Below are positions 39,266 to 52,762 of a stretch of 64,000 nucleotides of DNA, one piece after another; positions within the stretch are counted from its first letter, which is position 1; the number at the start of each line of letters is the position of its first letter. Both the position numbers and the translations under genes were made by a program. The notes under the pieces were generated by a model. It was not told the DNA's origin. It made no database searches and saw nothing but the letters and a program-made list of their open reading frames with translations. The stretch spans positions 2,400,831-2,464,830 of the forward strand of contig CM082578.2 of NCBI GenBank assembly GCA_040954595.2, in the 5' to 3' direction. This stretch comes from Balanoglossus misakiensis (taxonomy: Eukaryota; Animalia; Hemichordata).

Positions 39266-39922
39266 TGGCATACAGATCAATCTCCGCTATCCTGCAAACC
39301 AGCATCTAGTTTCTGCATGGTACTATTGGTAGTCGGACTTCAATCTGCCAGTTGGCACACAGATCAATGTTCTCCATCCTGCAAACCAGCATCTAGTTTC
39401 TGCATGGTACTATTGGTAGTCGGACTTCAATCTGCCAGTTGGCACACAGATCAGTGTTCTCCATCCTGCAAACCAGCATCTAGTTTCTGCATGGTACTAT
39501 TGGTAGTCGGACTTCAATCTGCCAGTTGGCACACAGATCAATGTTCTCCATCCTGCAAACCAGCATCTAGTTTCTGCATGGTACTATTGGTAGTAGGACT
39601 TCAATCTGCCAGTTGGCACACAGATCAGTGTTCTCCATCCTGCAAACCAGCATCTAGTTTCTGCATGGTACTATTGGTAGTCGGACTTCAATCTGCCAGT
39701 TGGCACACAGATCAGTGTTCTCCATCCTGCAACGCAGCATCTAGTTTCTGCATGGTACTATTGGTAGTCGGACTTCAATCTGCCAGTTGGCACACAGATC
39801 AGTGTTCTCCATCCTGCAAACCAGCATCTAGTTTCTGCATGGTACTATTGGTAGTCGGACTTCAATCTGCCAGTTGGCACACAGATCAGTGTTCTCCATC
39901 CTGCAAACCAGCATCTAGTTTC
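39266..39922. repeat. 87-bp tandem repeat, about 7.5 copies
   Basis: GGCA(C/T)ACAGATCA recurs at 39267, 39354, 39441, 39528, 39615, 39702, 39789 and 39876. Confidence 0.97.
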
Positions 39923-42280
39923 TCGTGTCTGAAAAAAAGCAAACAGATGTAGTTCAGGAAAATGAGGAGTAATTCAACTGCATGTGACACAAAAGACAGT
40001 TTCCCGCGATACAAACACCCTCTATAACTCCAGGCTTTGTCTTTGCAGTACACAGGGCATGTAATGCAAATTGTGTAAGAATCCATCAAGTTTTACTTTA
40101 TGCAGGCTACATGACAATGATTCATGCTCAGTTTTTATGGACTTGTTATTTTGTGCCTTTCTAAATCACTTCTGGGTGTTTGTAAAACTTGTGACGAGCA
40201 GTAATGAGCAGAAATTTGCAGTAATGACCAATAACATCCTAGAAATTGACAGAATGGGTAATCACAAATACTGTGGAAATGACGATCGTTTCCAATTTCA
40301 TAATAGTCATCTGAAGTTATGCAATCAGTGCCAATTATCATGACCATTTCCATGGAACTAAACAGTCATATCATTGCTGGAAAAAAGTCATCGTCAATGA
40401 CTTCGTTCACGCTGGTTTGATGTTCTTGGTATTTGTGCTCAAGTGTTGGTTAGTTTTTGCATAACTTGAAATGTTGTGCGTTGACTTAGATGTTTTCATC
40501 TATGTGAACTGACATACCGTATATTCTCGCAATTAAGCGCCACCCATGATTAGGCGCCAGTGATACCTGACTTTGCTACTTTTTACTTAAAATTAAGCGC
40601 CAGGAAATTTTTTTTTTTGAGGTGTGTGGACGTACGTGAATCATGGCAAGTACTACCTGGGTTTAGGGATCTTGCTGCGTGAATAATAATTGACCTGAGC
40701 AGACAATGCATGCTTTGGGCTGATGTGCTATTTATTTACAATAGGGAGTTCAGTGAAAATGTTAACTCCAAGATGGTTGTTTATTTTACAGATAGAAATA
40801 TTTATATATCTTAGTAGGTTACAATAATAAAAAATTATCAAAATCGGTTCACCGGTTTTCAAGATACATGCATTTTCACACGTCAAAATTTGGCCATTTT
40901 TGGTCAAAATGTTGTTTAAAATGTCGTAAAAGCCAAATTTCTTAAGTTTGCAGGATCAAAAACATCAAATAATAATTAAATTCACAAGTATCTTCAGCAT
41001 TTTTTCAAAGAACTTTACCCAATTCAATAAAAAATGCAAGAATCAGGGAAGATTACTTCTTTGAGTTTTACAGGAGATCATCTAAACTTGTAAAAAAAAA
41101 AGTTCTGACTGTTTTTTGGGGCACGGCATGCACCGTGGGAAAATATGAAATTTTGCAATGTTTGATAACCCATAACTCAGTCAGGGTTGATCTAATTGTA
41201 ACGAATTTTTCAGAATATATTACAATTTATGTGCAGATACAGAAAATGACTTTAGTTTTTGATATCTGGATTATAATTTAAATTCCCAGGCGCTCAAAAA
41301 TGGTAAAAACTAGCATTTTGCCATAGCAAACCGGCGGCCATATTGGATTTCCAAGGCGGCCATATTGGATTGACGATTCATTGGATGCCAATACTTGTTT
41401 TAACACAGCAACTTGCTGAAAATCAGTTCAGTCACTGTAGTATTAAAGGGAAAATGAGGCTGGTTAAATGCTCGTGTATTTTTAGCAATTAAAAAGCAGA
41501 TATTACTACCCAAATTTATTTTATACAGTTACTTTTGGACAGCAAAAATTGTCGTCACTCAAGTCAATGTCTCATATCAGCCCTTTTTACTTGCCTGTGT
41601 TGAGCGGATATGAAAAAATGGGGGAAAAATTGGATAGTATAATTTCTACATGTATCGTACTATCCTGGTAGTCCATTAACTGTACATAAACAAGAATTTC
41701 ACATTTAACCTTGGTATGATATGCTTGGGAAGACTAACTGGCTATAAATCACAAAAAATGAATGTCGTTGCTCCATAACAGTTTTTACTGCGCACACACG
41801 CAGTTAATATTAAAGCAAACTGAGAAATAACACATGTTCAGTAATGCTGTCAACTGTTTAAAGTTTTATTCAATGACAAGAAAGAACGCTCAGTTTCAAT
41901 TTTCTAACTTAAAAATACCTTTCCTTAAAACAATTATACAAACGCTCTATTTCATTTACACTGTCAACTTGCCATGCTCGTAGTAATGAGTCTTTTGGAA
42001 TAATTTTTACTTCTTGCAAAATGAATTTACAATTAATTCTGTCTCTGTCTTGTCTTGCAGGCCATTGAAAAGTGTTATTATTTTTCCTTTGCAGGAAGGT
42101 CACATCTACAGTATTGGCCTCATTATCAATATCTACAATTTCCCCCACAAACCACTGTTCCTCATAGGCAACAGCAACATGCATATCGCATCGTTGGTGA
42201 GGATTTCTGAAGATCCGTTATTTTTTTTTTTTGGAGCTCGTCACCGGTTGCACTTCGTGTTGGACACAATTAGCATAACT

Positions 42281-43546
42281 ATGCCATTGCAGTGCGAAGA
42301 TTGTAAACTAACTTCCAGTAATGTCGGACTAAGTCAAGGAGATCTACTGCTATGCTCAAAATGTAAAAAGAAGCGCTTTGGTCCTGATGGAATTACCGAC
42401 CAGAATGAGCTCCAGACGAGCAACCAGGAACGTCAGAGTGGTTGCAGTGGTGACGCGGATTATCCAGAGAGGACAAGAATGACTGAAAGTTGTAGTGGTC
42501 AGCCACGCAATGATACAGGTACTAACCAAACTAGCGATCTTGTTATAAATGAGCTCCTCTGCTTTCTAGTTTGCAAAATGGACATTATGCCCATGGAGCC
42601 ACTTTTGAAAGTATGTGCTGACTTTTATGATGACAACGATGTGGAGTCTGCGAAGAAATTGCTTTTTGATCTATCTACGGCCTTTCTTTATGCAACTGAT
42701 ACAAGATATATTCGTCGGCAAGGTCAGCATAAAAAGCAGAATAATTTGCAAGATATGTACAATGTATTGCAGCAGCTAGACGAAGAAGAGATGCCGAATT
42801 TTGTTGCTAAAGATTTATCGAAACTCCCCCCTGTTGATATTACGCACATTGATGTCACTGGTTTGCTGAGAGAAATTCGTGAATTACGAAATGAAATGAG
42901 AACCATCAAGTCCGTCCAGATGCAACATCAGTCACAAATTCAGAAAGCTGATGAAACGGTCATGGTGTTAATTGATGATGTCAGGAGTCTGAAAAGCGAG
43001 AATTCTATTTCGAGAGGTGTTAAACTCCAGAGTGCTTCTGACAATGGCAATATTGATTTTGTGAACAACGCCACTACAGATGCGGACACTGAGGAAAACA
43101 CATCTGTCAAAGCTCTTTACTCAAAGGTTGCGGCTAAAACAGTAGCGGAAAGACGTCTCCGTACGAGTGACAAGGTGAACTCACAAGTCTCCACATCTGA
43201 CAACGATGACTTCGTTCTTGTTCAGCGACGAAAACGGAAGAGAACCCAGCCTGTGATTGGAACTGCGCCGAGTACTACAGCTGGCCTTCAAGGCGCAAGA
43301 CCGCGGCGTGTATGTACACTTTTCGTGTCCCGGCTGAATCCAGCAACAACTTGTGAAGATGTTGAGCGCTATGCTGCGGACAAATTTGATGTAGGTGTGA
43401 ACTGTACAAAACTGAAAACAAAGTATGATACGTATGCTTCTTTTATGGTTGAATTATCTGATGTAGACATTAGAGTTGCCCTTGATCCTGTAAATTGGCC
43501 TCAGGATACTCTTGTAAGAAAATACTATAAATCTCAGACGCCATGA
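42281..43546 (+). CDS. LINE ORF1 protein (421 aa), apparently intact
   Basis: First ATG inside the element. N-terminal CxxC..CxxC, INELLCF..FY..AKKLL block, coiled-coil, basic RRKRKR, and C-terminal RRM-like LFVSRL..YASF..WP. Confidence 0.85.
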   Translation: MPLQCEDCKLTSSNVGLSQGDLLLCSKCKKKRFGPDGITDQNELQTSNQERQSGCSGDADYPERTRMTESCSGQPRNDTGTNQTSDLVINELLCFLVCKMDIMPMEPLLKVCADFYDDNDVESAKKLLFDLSTAFLYATDTRYIRRQGQHKKQNNLQDMYNVLQQLDEEEMPNFVAKDLSKLPPVDITHIDVTGLLREIRELRNEMRTIKSVQMQHQSQIQKADETVMVLIDDVRSLKSENSISRGVKLQSASDNGNIDFVNNATTDADTEENTSVKALYSKVAAKTVAERRLRTSDKVNSQVSTSDNDDFVLVQRRKRKRTQPVIGTAPSTTAGLQGARPRRVCTLFVSRLNPATTCEDVERYAADKFDVGVNCTKLKTKYDTYASFMVELSDVDIRVALDPVNWPQDTLVRKYYKSQTP

Positions 43547-43769
43547 CAGAACGCAAAAATAGTTTACGGATTGTGTCATTTAACTGTCGCTCTGTGAAAT
43601 CAAGCATTCATTCTGTGTATGATTTGTGTGAAACCCATGATATTTGTCTTTTACAAGAACACTGGCTTGCTAAGGAAGAGCTGTCAATTTTACATGACAT
43701 ACATCCGGATTTTATGTCATTCGGAGTATCTGCTTTTGATTCGTCTGAACTCCGTATTGGTAGACCGTA

Positions 43770-43802
<33 letters not shown>

Positions 43803-46393
43803 GCAATTCTTTGGCGTAGATCGCTTGGCAAACTTGCTAGTATTGTTGAGTTTGCTGATAGTCGCTTGCTTGGTTTAGTCTTAGAAAATGATACTGACAA
43901 ACTTGTTATTGTAAACTGTTATTTGCCCACCAATACTAATGATAATTTTGAAGTGTTCAGTGAGTACTTGGCGAAAATTAATTCCATTGTTTCTGATATT
44001 AACACTGGGAATGTCTTTTTTATTGGTGACTGGAATGCTGATGTAACTACTGATACAGGTTTTGGTCGTGAGTTTATGGAGCATTGTGAGCAATTTGGTT
44101 ACATCGTTTCTGATGTTGAGCTGCTAGGCAGGGATTCCGGTACGTTTACTTATATTAGCGATGCTCATGGCAGTACTTCATGGATTGACCACTGTGTTAC
44201 CACTGAAATTTCTCATAGCAATGTTCTTTCAATTTCGAGCCTTTGCAATGTTGTTGACTCCGACCATATTCCTGTTTCAATAGAGGTTCATTTCAACACT
44301 TCTGCTGATGAAAGCTTCAGCAGTAGTTCCTTCAAGCAATGTAATTTTCGAGTTGATTGGAAAAAATTGTCACAGCAGAATATATCCGCCTACACCCGTT
44401 GTACCAAAGCCAAGATTGATAAGATTAATTTACCCGAAGAGTTATTCTGCACTAATGTGACCTGTACAGACCCTTCGCATTTACAGGCAATTGATACTTG
44501 TTATAGTAGTATTGTGGACGCATTGAATTGTGCTGCAAAAGATACCATTAGGCGTAAGTTTCACCAGAAAGTTCATGTTGTACCTGGCTGGAACGATTTT
44601 GTAAAAGAAAGTCACGACTATGCCCGTTCCATGTTTTTATTATGGGTTAATGGGGGTAAACCTAAACAAGGCCCGCTTTTTGAAACCATGAAATCTTCCA
44701 GAGCTCGTTTTAAGTATGCTTTACGTGCTTGTAAAAAGATTGAGAATCAAAATAGGGCTGACAAGATGGCTGACAATTTACGATGCCACAAACAGAACGA
44801 CTTCTGGAAGGAAGTCAGAAAGCAAACTAGCAGAAAAACGCCACTTTCTGACACTGTAGGTGGAGCGACTGGTGAGAGTGAAATTGCAATTATGTGGCAC
44901 AAGCATTTCAGTGATATTTTGAATTCTGTCCAGGCTCAGACTGGTAAAAATGACATCGAGGAGAAAATGAAGTATGTTAAATTTTCTTCTGATATGTATG
45001 TTTCTGAAGACGAAGTAATTTCTGCTATACATAAGTTACCTGACGATAAGACAGCTGGCATTGACAATATTTCAGCTGAGCACCTCAAATTCTCAGACTC
45101 CTCTATTTTACCCATTTTGACTTGTTGTATTAATGCTATGATTGTTCATGGTTACCTGCCAACTGAGGCAATCAAAGTTATTTTAGTTCCAATTAAGGAT
45201 AAAACTAAGCTTTGTAGTGATGCCAGTAACTACCGGCCGATAGCACTAGCAACTGTTTTCTCTAAAGTTTTTGAGCATATTTTACTTTCTCGTTGTGAGG
45301 AGTTTCTTACCTCTCATTATTTACAATTTGGTTTCAAGCGAGAACATTCAACTGACCTGTGTTTATTTGCAAAAATTTAAAGAAATCATTAGCTACTACA
45401 CCAGCAATGGAGGACCAGTGTTTACTTGTTTTCTGGATGCTTCAAAAGCTTTTGACAGAGTTAATCACTTTAAACTGGTTAACAAGCTCATCGTCAGGAA
45501 TGTTCCCTTGTATGCTGTTCGAATTTTATATTACTGGTACAGAAATCAATTGTTTACTGTGTTGTGGGGTAAAGAAACCTCAGAGTTGTTTTCTGTTTCT
45601 AACGGTGTAAGACAAGGGGGAGTACTCTCTCCCTATCTTTTTAATGTCTACATTGATGATCTTATCGATGCACTCTGTAAAGCCATAGTTGGCTGTACCA
45701 TGTGTGGTGTCAGCGCTAACACTTTAGGTTACGCTGACGACATGACTCTACTCAGTCCAAGTATTAAGGGTCTACGCCGTCTTCTTAGGATTTGTGAAAT
45801 TTATGGCAAGGATTATGATATCATTTATAATTCTAGTAAAACTGTGTGCATGCTTTTTTAATGGGAAGAATATGAGCGTTCAAAGAATTCCTTCGGTTAA
45901 ACTTAATGACATCACTTTAAAGTTTGTACCTGTACACACCTATCTGGGCCATGTTATATCTTGTGATGGTTGTGATAATGAAGATATTGAACGAAAGAGA
46001 AGAGCATTTTGTGTTAGAGCAAACATGCTATTGAGACATTTTCAACATTGTAGTCAAGATGTGAAGAAAGTTTTATTTTTGGCATATTGTAGTAATATTT
46101 ACTGTTGCAGTTTGTGGGCATCCTTTAAAGTTAAACCGATGAAAAAATTTAAAACTATGTACAATAATGTTTGGAGAAGACTTCTCGGTCTTCCGCCATT
46201 TTGCAGTGCATCGGGTATGTTTGCTACAAACCATGTATTGTCACTTGGTGAAGTTTTTAGACGCAACATGTACAGTTTTAAGCGTAGACTCGAAAATTCT
46301 TCTAATGTTTTACTTGATGCGATCTGTTCATCAGATAGAGCGACTGACAGCATATTTTTCAAACATTGGCGAAAGCAATTGTATATAATGTAA
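43543..46393 (+). pseudogene. LINE ORF2 (AP endonuclease plus reverse transcriptase) with frameshifts
   Basis: SFNCRS, LQEHWL, GRPYGG, GDWNA, WIDH, SDH, NYRPIAL, QFGF, LDASKAFDRV and YADD. The frame breaks at a G30 run (43771-43800), near 45370 and near 45855. Confidence 0.93.
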
Positions 46394-46841
46394 TTTTGCA
46401 GAGTTTCGTTTTGTGTGTGTTTCAGTTTCAGACTTTCCAGAGTATTTTCATTAGTGTTTTTTTTTCTTCTCTCTTTTTGGGTATATGGACTTTTTTTTTT
46501 AAGTCTGAAATAAAGTATTATTATTATTATTATCACACAGTCCAAATTTTATATTGTCATCTTTGCTAGCTCTTTTTCTTTGATTTGTTTTGACTTGCTG
46601 CTGATTACTAACTTTCCTTTTCTTTAGGTTTTCATTGATTTCCTTCACATAGTCAGGCATTTCTGTGTTATGTATATTAATGACTGATTTTAGATTTGCA
46701 GCTAACTGGTCAACAGAAAGTTTCACTTTGTTGTTTTGCCATTTTGTTAACTTTTTGTCAGTTACATTTGATTGGAGCACAAGGGTTCTTCACAAGTTAG
46801 AATAAAGATAATGACTTGAAATTTGCAGCATGTGTTCTTAA

Positions 46842-47719
46842 CAAACTAAAAAGTGAGGGAAAAATATGACTGTAAAAATATCTGCTAAAATTATGAAATT
46901 TGATACGCCTAAATATAAATATTCATAATTTTACAAAATATTGATTGAATCTTGACATGTTTTCACAAATTATTGAATAATTTGTATTCATTTTAATATG
47001 AAGCAACCCCTCCAGCAATGTATGGGACACTTTCAGCAAAAACTTATTTTTTTCAAAGTTATCACTCAGGAAAACACAGTTTTTGTTGATATTTTGTATA
47101 CAACTTTAACGTGCTGCCAAAACACAACGGGAAAACTTATGAAAAAACTGTCCCGTAAAATTGTTCTTTGGGATGTCCCGAGCCTTTCCTGAAAGTTTCA
47201 TGATAAAAAAAATATCTGGCATACCTATTCAATCACAAATAAAAACCATTACATTATGGCGAAGGGCAGAAAAGTAGCGAAATACGCAAAGTTTAGCGGC
47301 AGTTCACGGCGAAGGATCGCATTTATCTGGGTCAAACGCTTTTCCGCTGGCTTTTCGGGTTCCCTAGAAATGCAAAAATGTCCATAATTTGGCAGCCTTT
47401 AATAAACAAGCAAGGTTATCTATCGTTGAAAATTGCAAGAATCAGTGTTTGCAAGTTACATTTAAATGCCCTTGGCTAGGGGAACCCGTCCTTGTGCGCA
47501 TAGCCTAGGAGAAGTCTTCCCCTAGAGGGCGCTCAAATAAGGCTCCCTAGCTTCCTTGCCAGATGAATGAAATTAGGTATCATAAAACCAGCCATATCTT
47601 GTTACACGTTTATTGCCCCGAATTTTTTATGAGTTTAATTTTTCTCTAATACATTTCTAGATATAAATTCAGTGTTTTTAAATGAAATTTTAACTGACGC
47701 CCTAGCCTTTCCAACTACC
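46842..47719 (-). mobile_element. One-ended TTAA-site (Kolobok-like) insertion in the transposase, first copy
   Basis: Duplicate of 51885-52762. Confidence 0.55.
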
Positions 47720-48846
47720 TTAAATCATTCCTCAGTTTATTCAGGTATGACGAGGTTTTGTTACGACTATACCATATGCAGCCTGCTTTTGATATTCTAC
47801 TTTTTTGGGGGGCCTTCTTTAAGTGTCGATCCAAATCAGAAAAATCTGTTTCTGACCTTACATTTGTTAAAGGTGCACTGGCTACCTCTAGTTTTTGATT
47901 TTGTGACGGTTGGCTCTCAATACCCCCTGGGAGCTGATTACAAAGTTGTCAATTGACCACAGGCAGCATAGCTGTACACATAGTTTGTAACGCATCCAGT
48001 GTCAATGAATCAAATTCAGGGGAACAACGATCAAACAACCGAGTGTATATTTTGTCTTTTTTTACCGTACTATCAGATATATATATTTTTTCATCCAGCA
48101 AGGGCCTGGCATCAATTGCATTATCACCTAGACAGGTCTTAAGCTCCAACCAATGTACGTTCATGTCATAGTAATTACAATCACTCTCAAGCAAACGCAT
48201 CAATGGACCTGTAATTAGTTTGGATATAATACCCAGGGCCCTACACTCAGAAAGAATAACTGGCTCAGCGATTACAGCTTGAATGCGACTGATAAGTTTG
48301 TTTGTGGATTCACACCTTCCTGAATGTAAAACATCTGATATATGGTTAACCGTTTGCATGGTAATACACAGCACCTCCCTGATAAAATGCTACATTAAAT
48401 CTATTATGCTCAAATTTTATCAGACTGCTTTTTTCTTTAAGAACATCTTCAAGGTAAGGCCAGAAGTCTGTATAAACACCAGACTTTTGACAACCTTCCT
48501 CAGTAAAACCTTTACCAGCTTGGTACAAAAGGTCAAAACACAATGACTGATTTGTTTTGTAATGCCCTGCCCCGGACTCTTTCAATAGATTGATCTGATC
48601 TTTCTTATCATTTTCAAATTCTTTACATGATGATGAGGCAGCACTGGCCATATTGACCAATACATGCATTCCACACAATAGGTGGTTGACCGATTTCATT
48701 TTGGCCTTTTCACCTTCATTAAAACTATCCCAATTATCTTCAATAACTGGTAGTAAATTCTCTCTGACTTCCTCAAGTTTAGATTTATACTTTCTATTAA
48801 CAATATGTCTGTCCGTCATTATGTTTTTGCTTTTCAGTAGTAGCTG

Positions 48847-51573
48847 TGCAATTCTTTGGCGTAGATCGCTTGGCAAACTTGCTAGTATTGTTGAGTTTGC
48901 TGATAGTCGCTTGCTTGGTTTAGTCTTAGAAAATGATACTGACAAACTTGTTATTGTAAACTGTTATTTGCCCACCAATACTAATGATAATTTTGAAGTG
49001 TTCAGTGAGTACTTGGCGAAAATTAATTCCATTGTTTCTGATATTAACACTGGGAATGTCTTTTTTATTGGTGACTGGAATGCTGATGTAACTACTGATA
49101 CAGGTTTTGGTCGTGAGTTTATGGAGCATTGTGAGCAATTTGGTTACATCGTTTCTGATGTTGAGCTGCTAGGCAGGGATTCCGGTACGTTTACTTATAT
49201 TAGCGATGCTCATGGCAGTACTTCATGGATTGACCACTGTGTTACCACTGAAATTTCTCATAGCAATGTTCTTTCAATTTCGAGCCTTTGCAATGTTGTT
49301 GACTCCGACCATATTCCTGTTTCAATAGAGGTTCATTTCAACACTTCTGCTGATGAAAGCTTCAGCAGTAGTTCCTTCAAGCAATGTAATTTTCGAGTTG
49401 ATTGGAAAAAATTGTCACAGCAGAATATATCCGCCTACACCCGTTGTACCAAAGCCAAGATTGATAAGATTAATTTACCCGAAGAGTTATTCTGCACTAA
49501 TGTGACCTGTACAGACCCTTCGCATTTACAGGCAATTGATACTTGTTATAGTAGTATTGTGGACGCATTGAATTGTGCTGCAAAAGATACCATTAGGCGT
49601 AAGTTTCACCAGAAAGTTCATGTTGTACCTGGCTGGAACGATTTTGTAAAAGAAAGTCACGACTATGCCCGTTCCATGTTTTTATTATGGGTTAATGGGG
49701 GTAAACCTAAACAAGGCCCGCTTTTTGAAACCATGAAATCTTCCAGAGCTCGTTTTAAGTATGCTTTACGTGCTTGTAAAAAGATTGAGAATCAAAATAG
49801 GGCTGACAAGATGGCTGACAATTTACGATGCCACAAACAGAACGACTTCTGGAAGGAAGTCAGAAAGCAAACTAGCAGAAAAACGCCACTTTCTGACACT
49901 GTAGGTGGAGCGACTGGTGAGAGTGAAATTGCAATTATGTGGCACAAGCATTTCAGTGATATTTTGAATTCTGTCCAGGCTCAGACTGGTAAAAATGACA
50001 TCGAGGAGAAAATGAAGTATGTTAAATTTTCTTCTGATATGTATGTTTCTGAAGACGAAGTAATTTCTGCTATACATAAGTTACCTGACGATAAGACAGC
50101 TGGCATTGACAATATTTCAGCTGAGCACCTCAAATTCTCAGACTCCTCTATTTTACCCATTTTGACTTGTTGTATTAATGCTATGATTGTTCATGGTTAC
50201 CTGCCAACTGAGGCAATCAAAGTTATTTTAGTTCCAATTAAGGATAAAACTAAGCTTTGTAGTGATGCCAGTAACTACCGGCCGATAGCACTAGCAACTG
50301 TTTTCTCTAAAGTTTTTGAGCATATTTTACTTTCTCGTTGTGAGGAGTTTCTTACCTCTCATTATTTACAATTTGGTTTCAAGCGAGAACATTCAACTGA
50401 CCTGTGTTTATTTGCAAAAATTTAAAGAAATCATTAGCTACTACACCAGCAATGGAGGACCAGTGTTTACTTGTTTTCTGGATGCTTCAAAAGCTTTTGA
50501 CAGAGTTAATCACTTTAAACTGGTTAACAAGCTCATCGTCAGGAATGTTCCCTTGTATGCTGTTCGAATTTTATATTACTGGTACAGAAATCAATTGTTT
50601 ACTGTGTTGTGGGGTAAAGAAACCTCAGAGTTGTTTTCTGTTTCTAACGGTGTAAGACAAGGGGGAGTACTCTCTCCCTATCTTTTTAATGTCTACATTG
50701 ATGATCTTATCGATGCACTCTGTAAAGCCATAGTTGGCTGTACCATGTGTGGTGTCAGCGCTAACACTTTAGGTTACGCTGACGACATGACTCTACTCAG
50801 TCCAAGTATTAAGGGTCTACGCCGTCTTCTTAGGATTTGTGAAATTTATGGCAAGGATTATGATATCATTTATAATTCTAGTAAAACTGTGTGCATGCTT
50901 TTTAATGGGAAGAATATGAGCGTTCAAAGAATTCCTTCGGTTAAACTTAATGACATCACTTTAAAGTTTGTACCTGTACACACCTATCTGGGCCATGTTA
51001 TATCTTGTGATGGTTGTGATAATGAAGATATTGATGAAAGAGAAGAGCATTTTGTGTTAGAGCAAACATGCTATTGAGACATTTTCAACATTGTAGTCAA
51101 GATGTGAAGAAAGTTTTATTTTTGGCATATTGTAGTAATATTTACTGTTGCAGTTTGTGGGCATCCTTTAAAGTTAAACCGATGAAAAAATTTAAAACTA
51201 TGTACAATAATGTTTGGAGAAGACTTCTCGGTCTTCCGCCATTTTGCAGTGCATCGGGTATGTTTGCTACAAACCATGTATTGTCACTTGGTGAAGTTTT
51301 TAGACGCAACATGTACAGTTTTAAGCGTAGACTCGAAAATTCTTCTAATGTTTTACTTGATGCGATCTGTTCATCAGATAGAGCGACTGACAGCATATTT
51401 TTCAAACATTGGCGAAAGCAATTGTATATAATGTAATTTTGCAGAGTTTCGTTTTGTGTGTGTTTCAGTTTCAGACTTTCCAGAGTATTTTCATTAGTGT
51501 TTTTTTTTCTTCTCTCTTTTTGGGTATATGGACTTTTTTTTTTAAGTCTGAAATAAAGTATTATTATTATTAT
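48847..51573 (+). mobile_element. Duplicated 3' portion of the RTEX-like LINE
   Basis: Same tail length, same 3' flank and same ~45370/50415 frameshift as the first copy, so it arose by DNA duplication and not by retrotransposition. Confidence 0.92.
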
Positions 51574-51884
51574 TATCACACAGTCCAAATTTTATATTGT
51601 CATCTTTGCTAGCTCTTTTTCTTTGATTTGTTTTGACTTGCTGCTGATTACTAACTTTCCTTTTCTTTAGGTTTTCATTGATTTCCTTCACATAGTCAGG
51701 CATTTCTGTGTTATGTATATTAATGACTGATTTTAGATTTGCAGCTAACTGGTCAACAGAAAGTTTCACTTTGTTGTTTTGCCATTTTGTTAACTTTTTG
51801 TCAGTTACATTTGATTGGAGCACAAGGGTTCTTCACAAGTTAGAATAAAGATAATGACTTGAAATTTGCAGCATGTGTTCTTAA

Positions 51885-52762
51885 CAAACTAAAAAGTGAG
51901 GGAAAAATATGACTGTAAAAACATCTGCTAAAATTATGAAATTTGATACGCCTAAATATAAATATTCATAATTTTACAAAATATTGATTGAATCTTGACA
52001 TGTTTTCACAAATTATTGAATAATTTGTATTCATTTTAATATGAAGCAACCCCTCCAGCAATGTATGGGACACTTTCAGCAAAAACTTATTTTTTTCAAA
52101 GTTATCACTCAGGAAAACACAGTTTTTGTTGATATTTTGTATACAACTTTAACGTGCTGCCAAAACACAACGGGAAAACTTATGAAAAAACTGTCCCGTA
52201 AAATTGTTCTTTGGGATGTCCCGAGCCTTTCCTGAAAGTTTCATGATAAAAAAAATATCTGGCATACCTATTCAATCACAAATAAAAACCATTACATTAT
52301 GGCGAAGGGCAGAAAAGTAGCGAAATACGCAAAGTTTAGCGGCAGTTCACGGCGAAGGATCGCATTTATCTGGGTCAAACGCTTTTCCGCTGGCTTTTCG
52401 GGTTCCCTAGAAATGCAAAAATGTCCATAATTTGGCAGCCTTTAATAAACAAGCAAGGTTATCTATCGTTGAAAATTGCAAGAATCAGTGTTTGCAAGTT
52501 ACATTTAAATGCCCTTGGCTAGGGGAACCCGTCCTTGTGCGCATAGCCTAGGAGAAGTCTTCCCCTAGAGGGCGCTCAAATAAGGCTCCCTAGCTTCCTT
52601 GCCAGATGAATGAAATTAGGTATCATAAAACCAGCCATATCTTGTTACACGTTTATTGCCCCGAATTTTTTATGAGTTTAATTTTTCTCTAATACATTTC
52701 TAGATATAAATTCAGTGTTTTTAAATGAAATTTTAACTGACGCCCTAGCCTTTCCAACTACC
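51885..52762 (-). mobile_element. One-ended TTAA-site (Kolobok-like) insertion in the transposase, second copy
   Basis: The transposase frame ends abruptly at TTAA|GGTAGTTGGAAAGGCTAGGG (minus strand). Non-coding AT-rich sequence follows. The far boundary is uncertain. Confidence 0.55.

Larger units (their letters stand above)
42188..46530 (+). mobile_element. Full-length non-LTR retrotransposon (RTEX-like)
   Basis: Short 5' UTR, ORF1, APE-RT ORF2, AATAAA and (TAT)n tail. TATC is repeated at 42184-42187 and 46531-46534. Confidence 0.92.

Noticed and set aside
39221-39952. 243-aa Cys-rich plus-strand ORF
   Set aside because: Non-ATG start, open only because the unit is 87 bp, and no recognisable domain or splice signals on this strand.
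42014-42280. N-terminal 89 aa of the 510-aa ORF
   Set aside because: It crosses the LINE 5' boundary into antisense transposase. The plausible start is ATG 42281.
48847-51573. Independent second LINE insertion
   Set aside because: It shares its 3' flank, tail and lesions with the first copy, so it is part of the tandem duplication.
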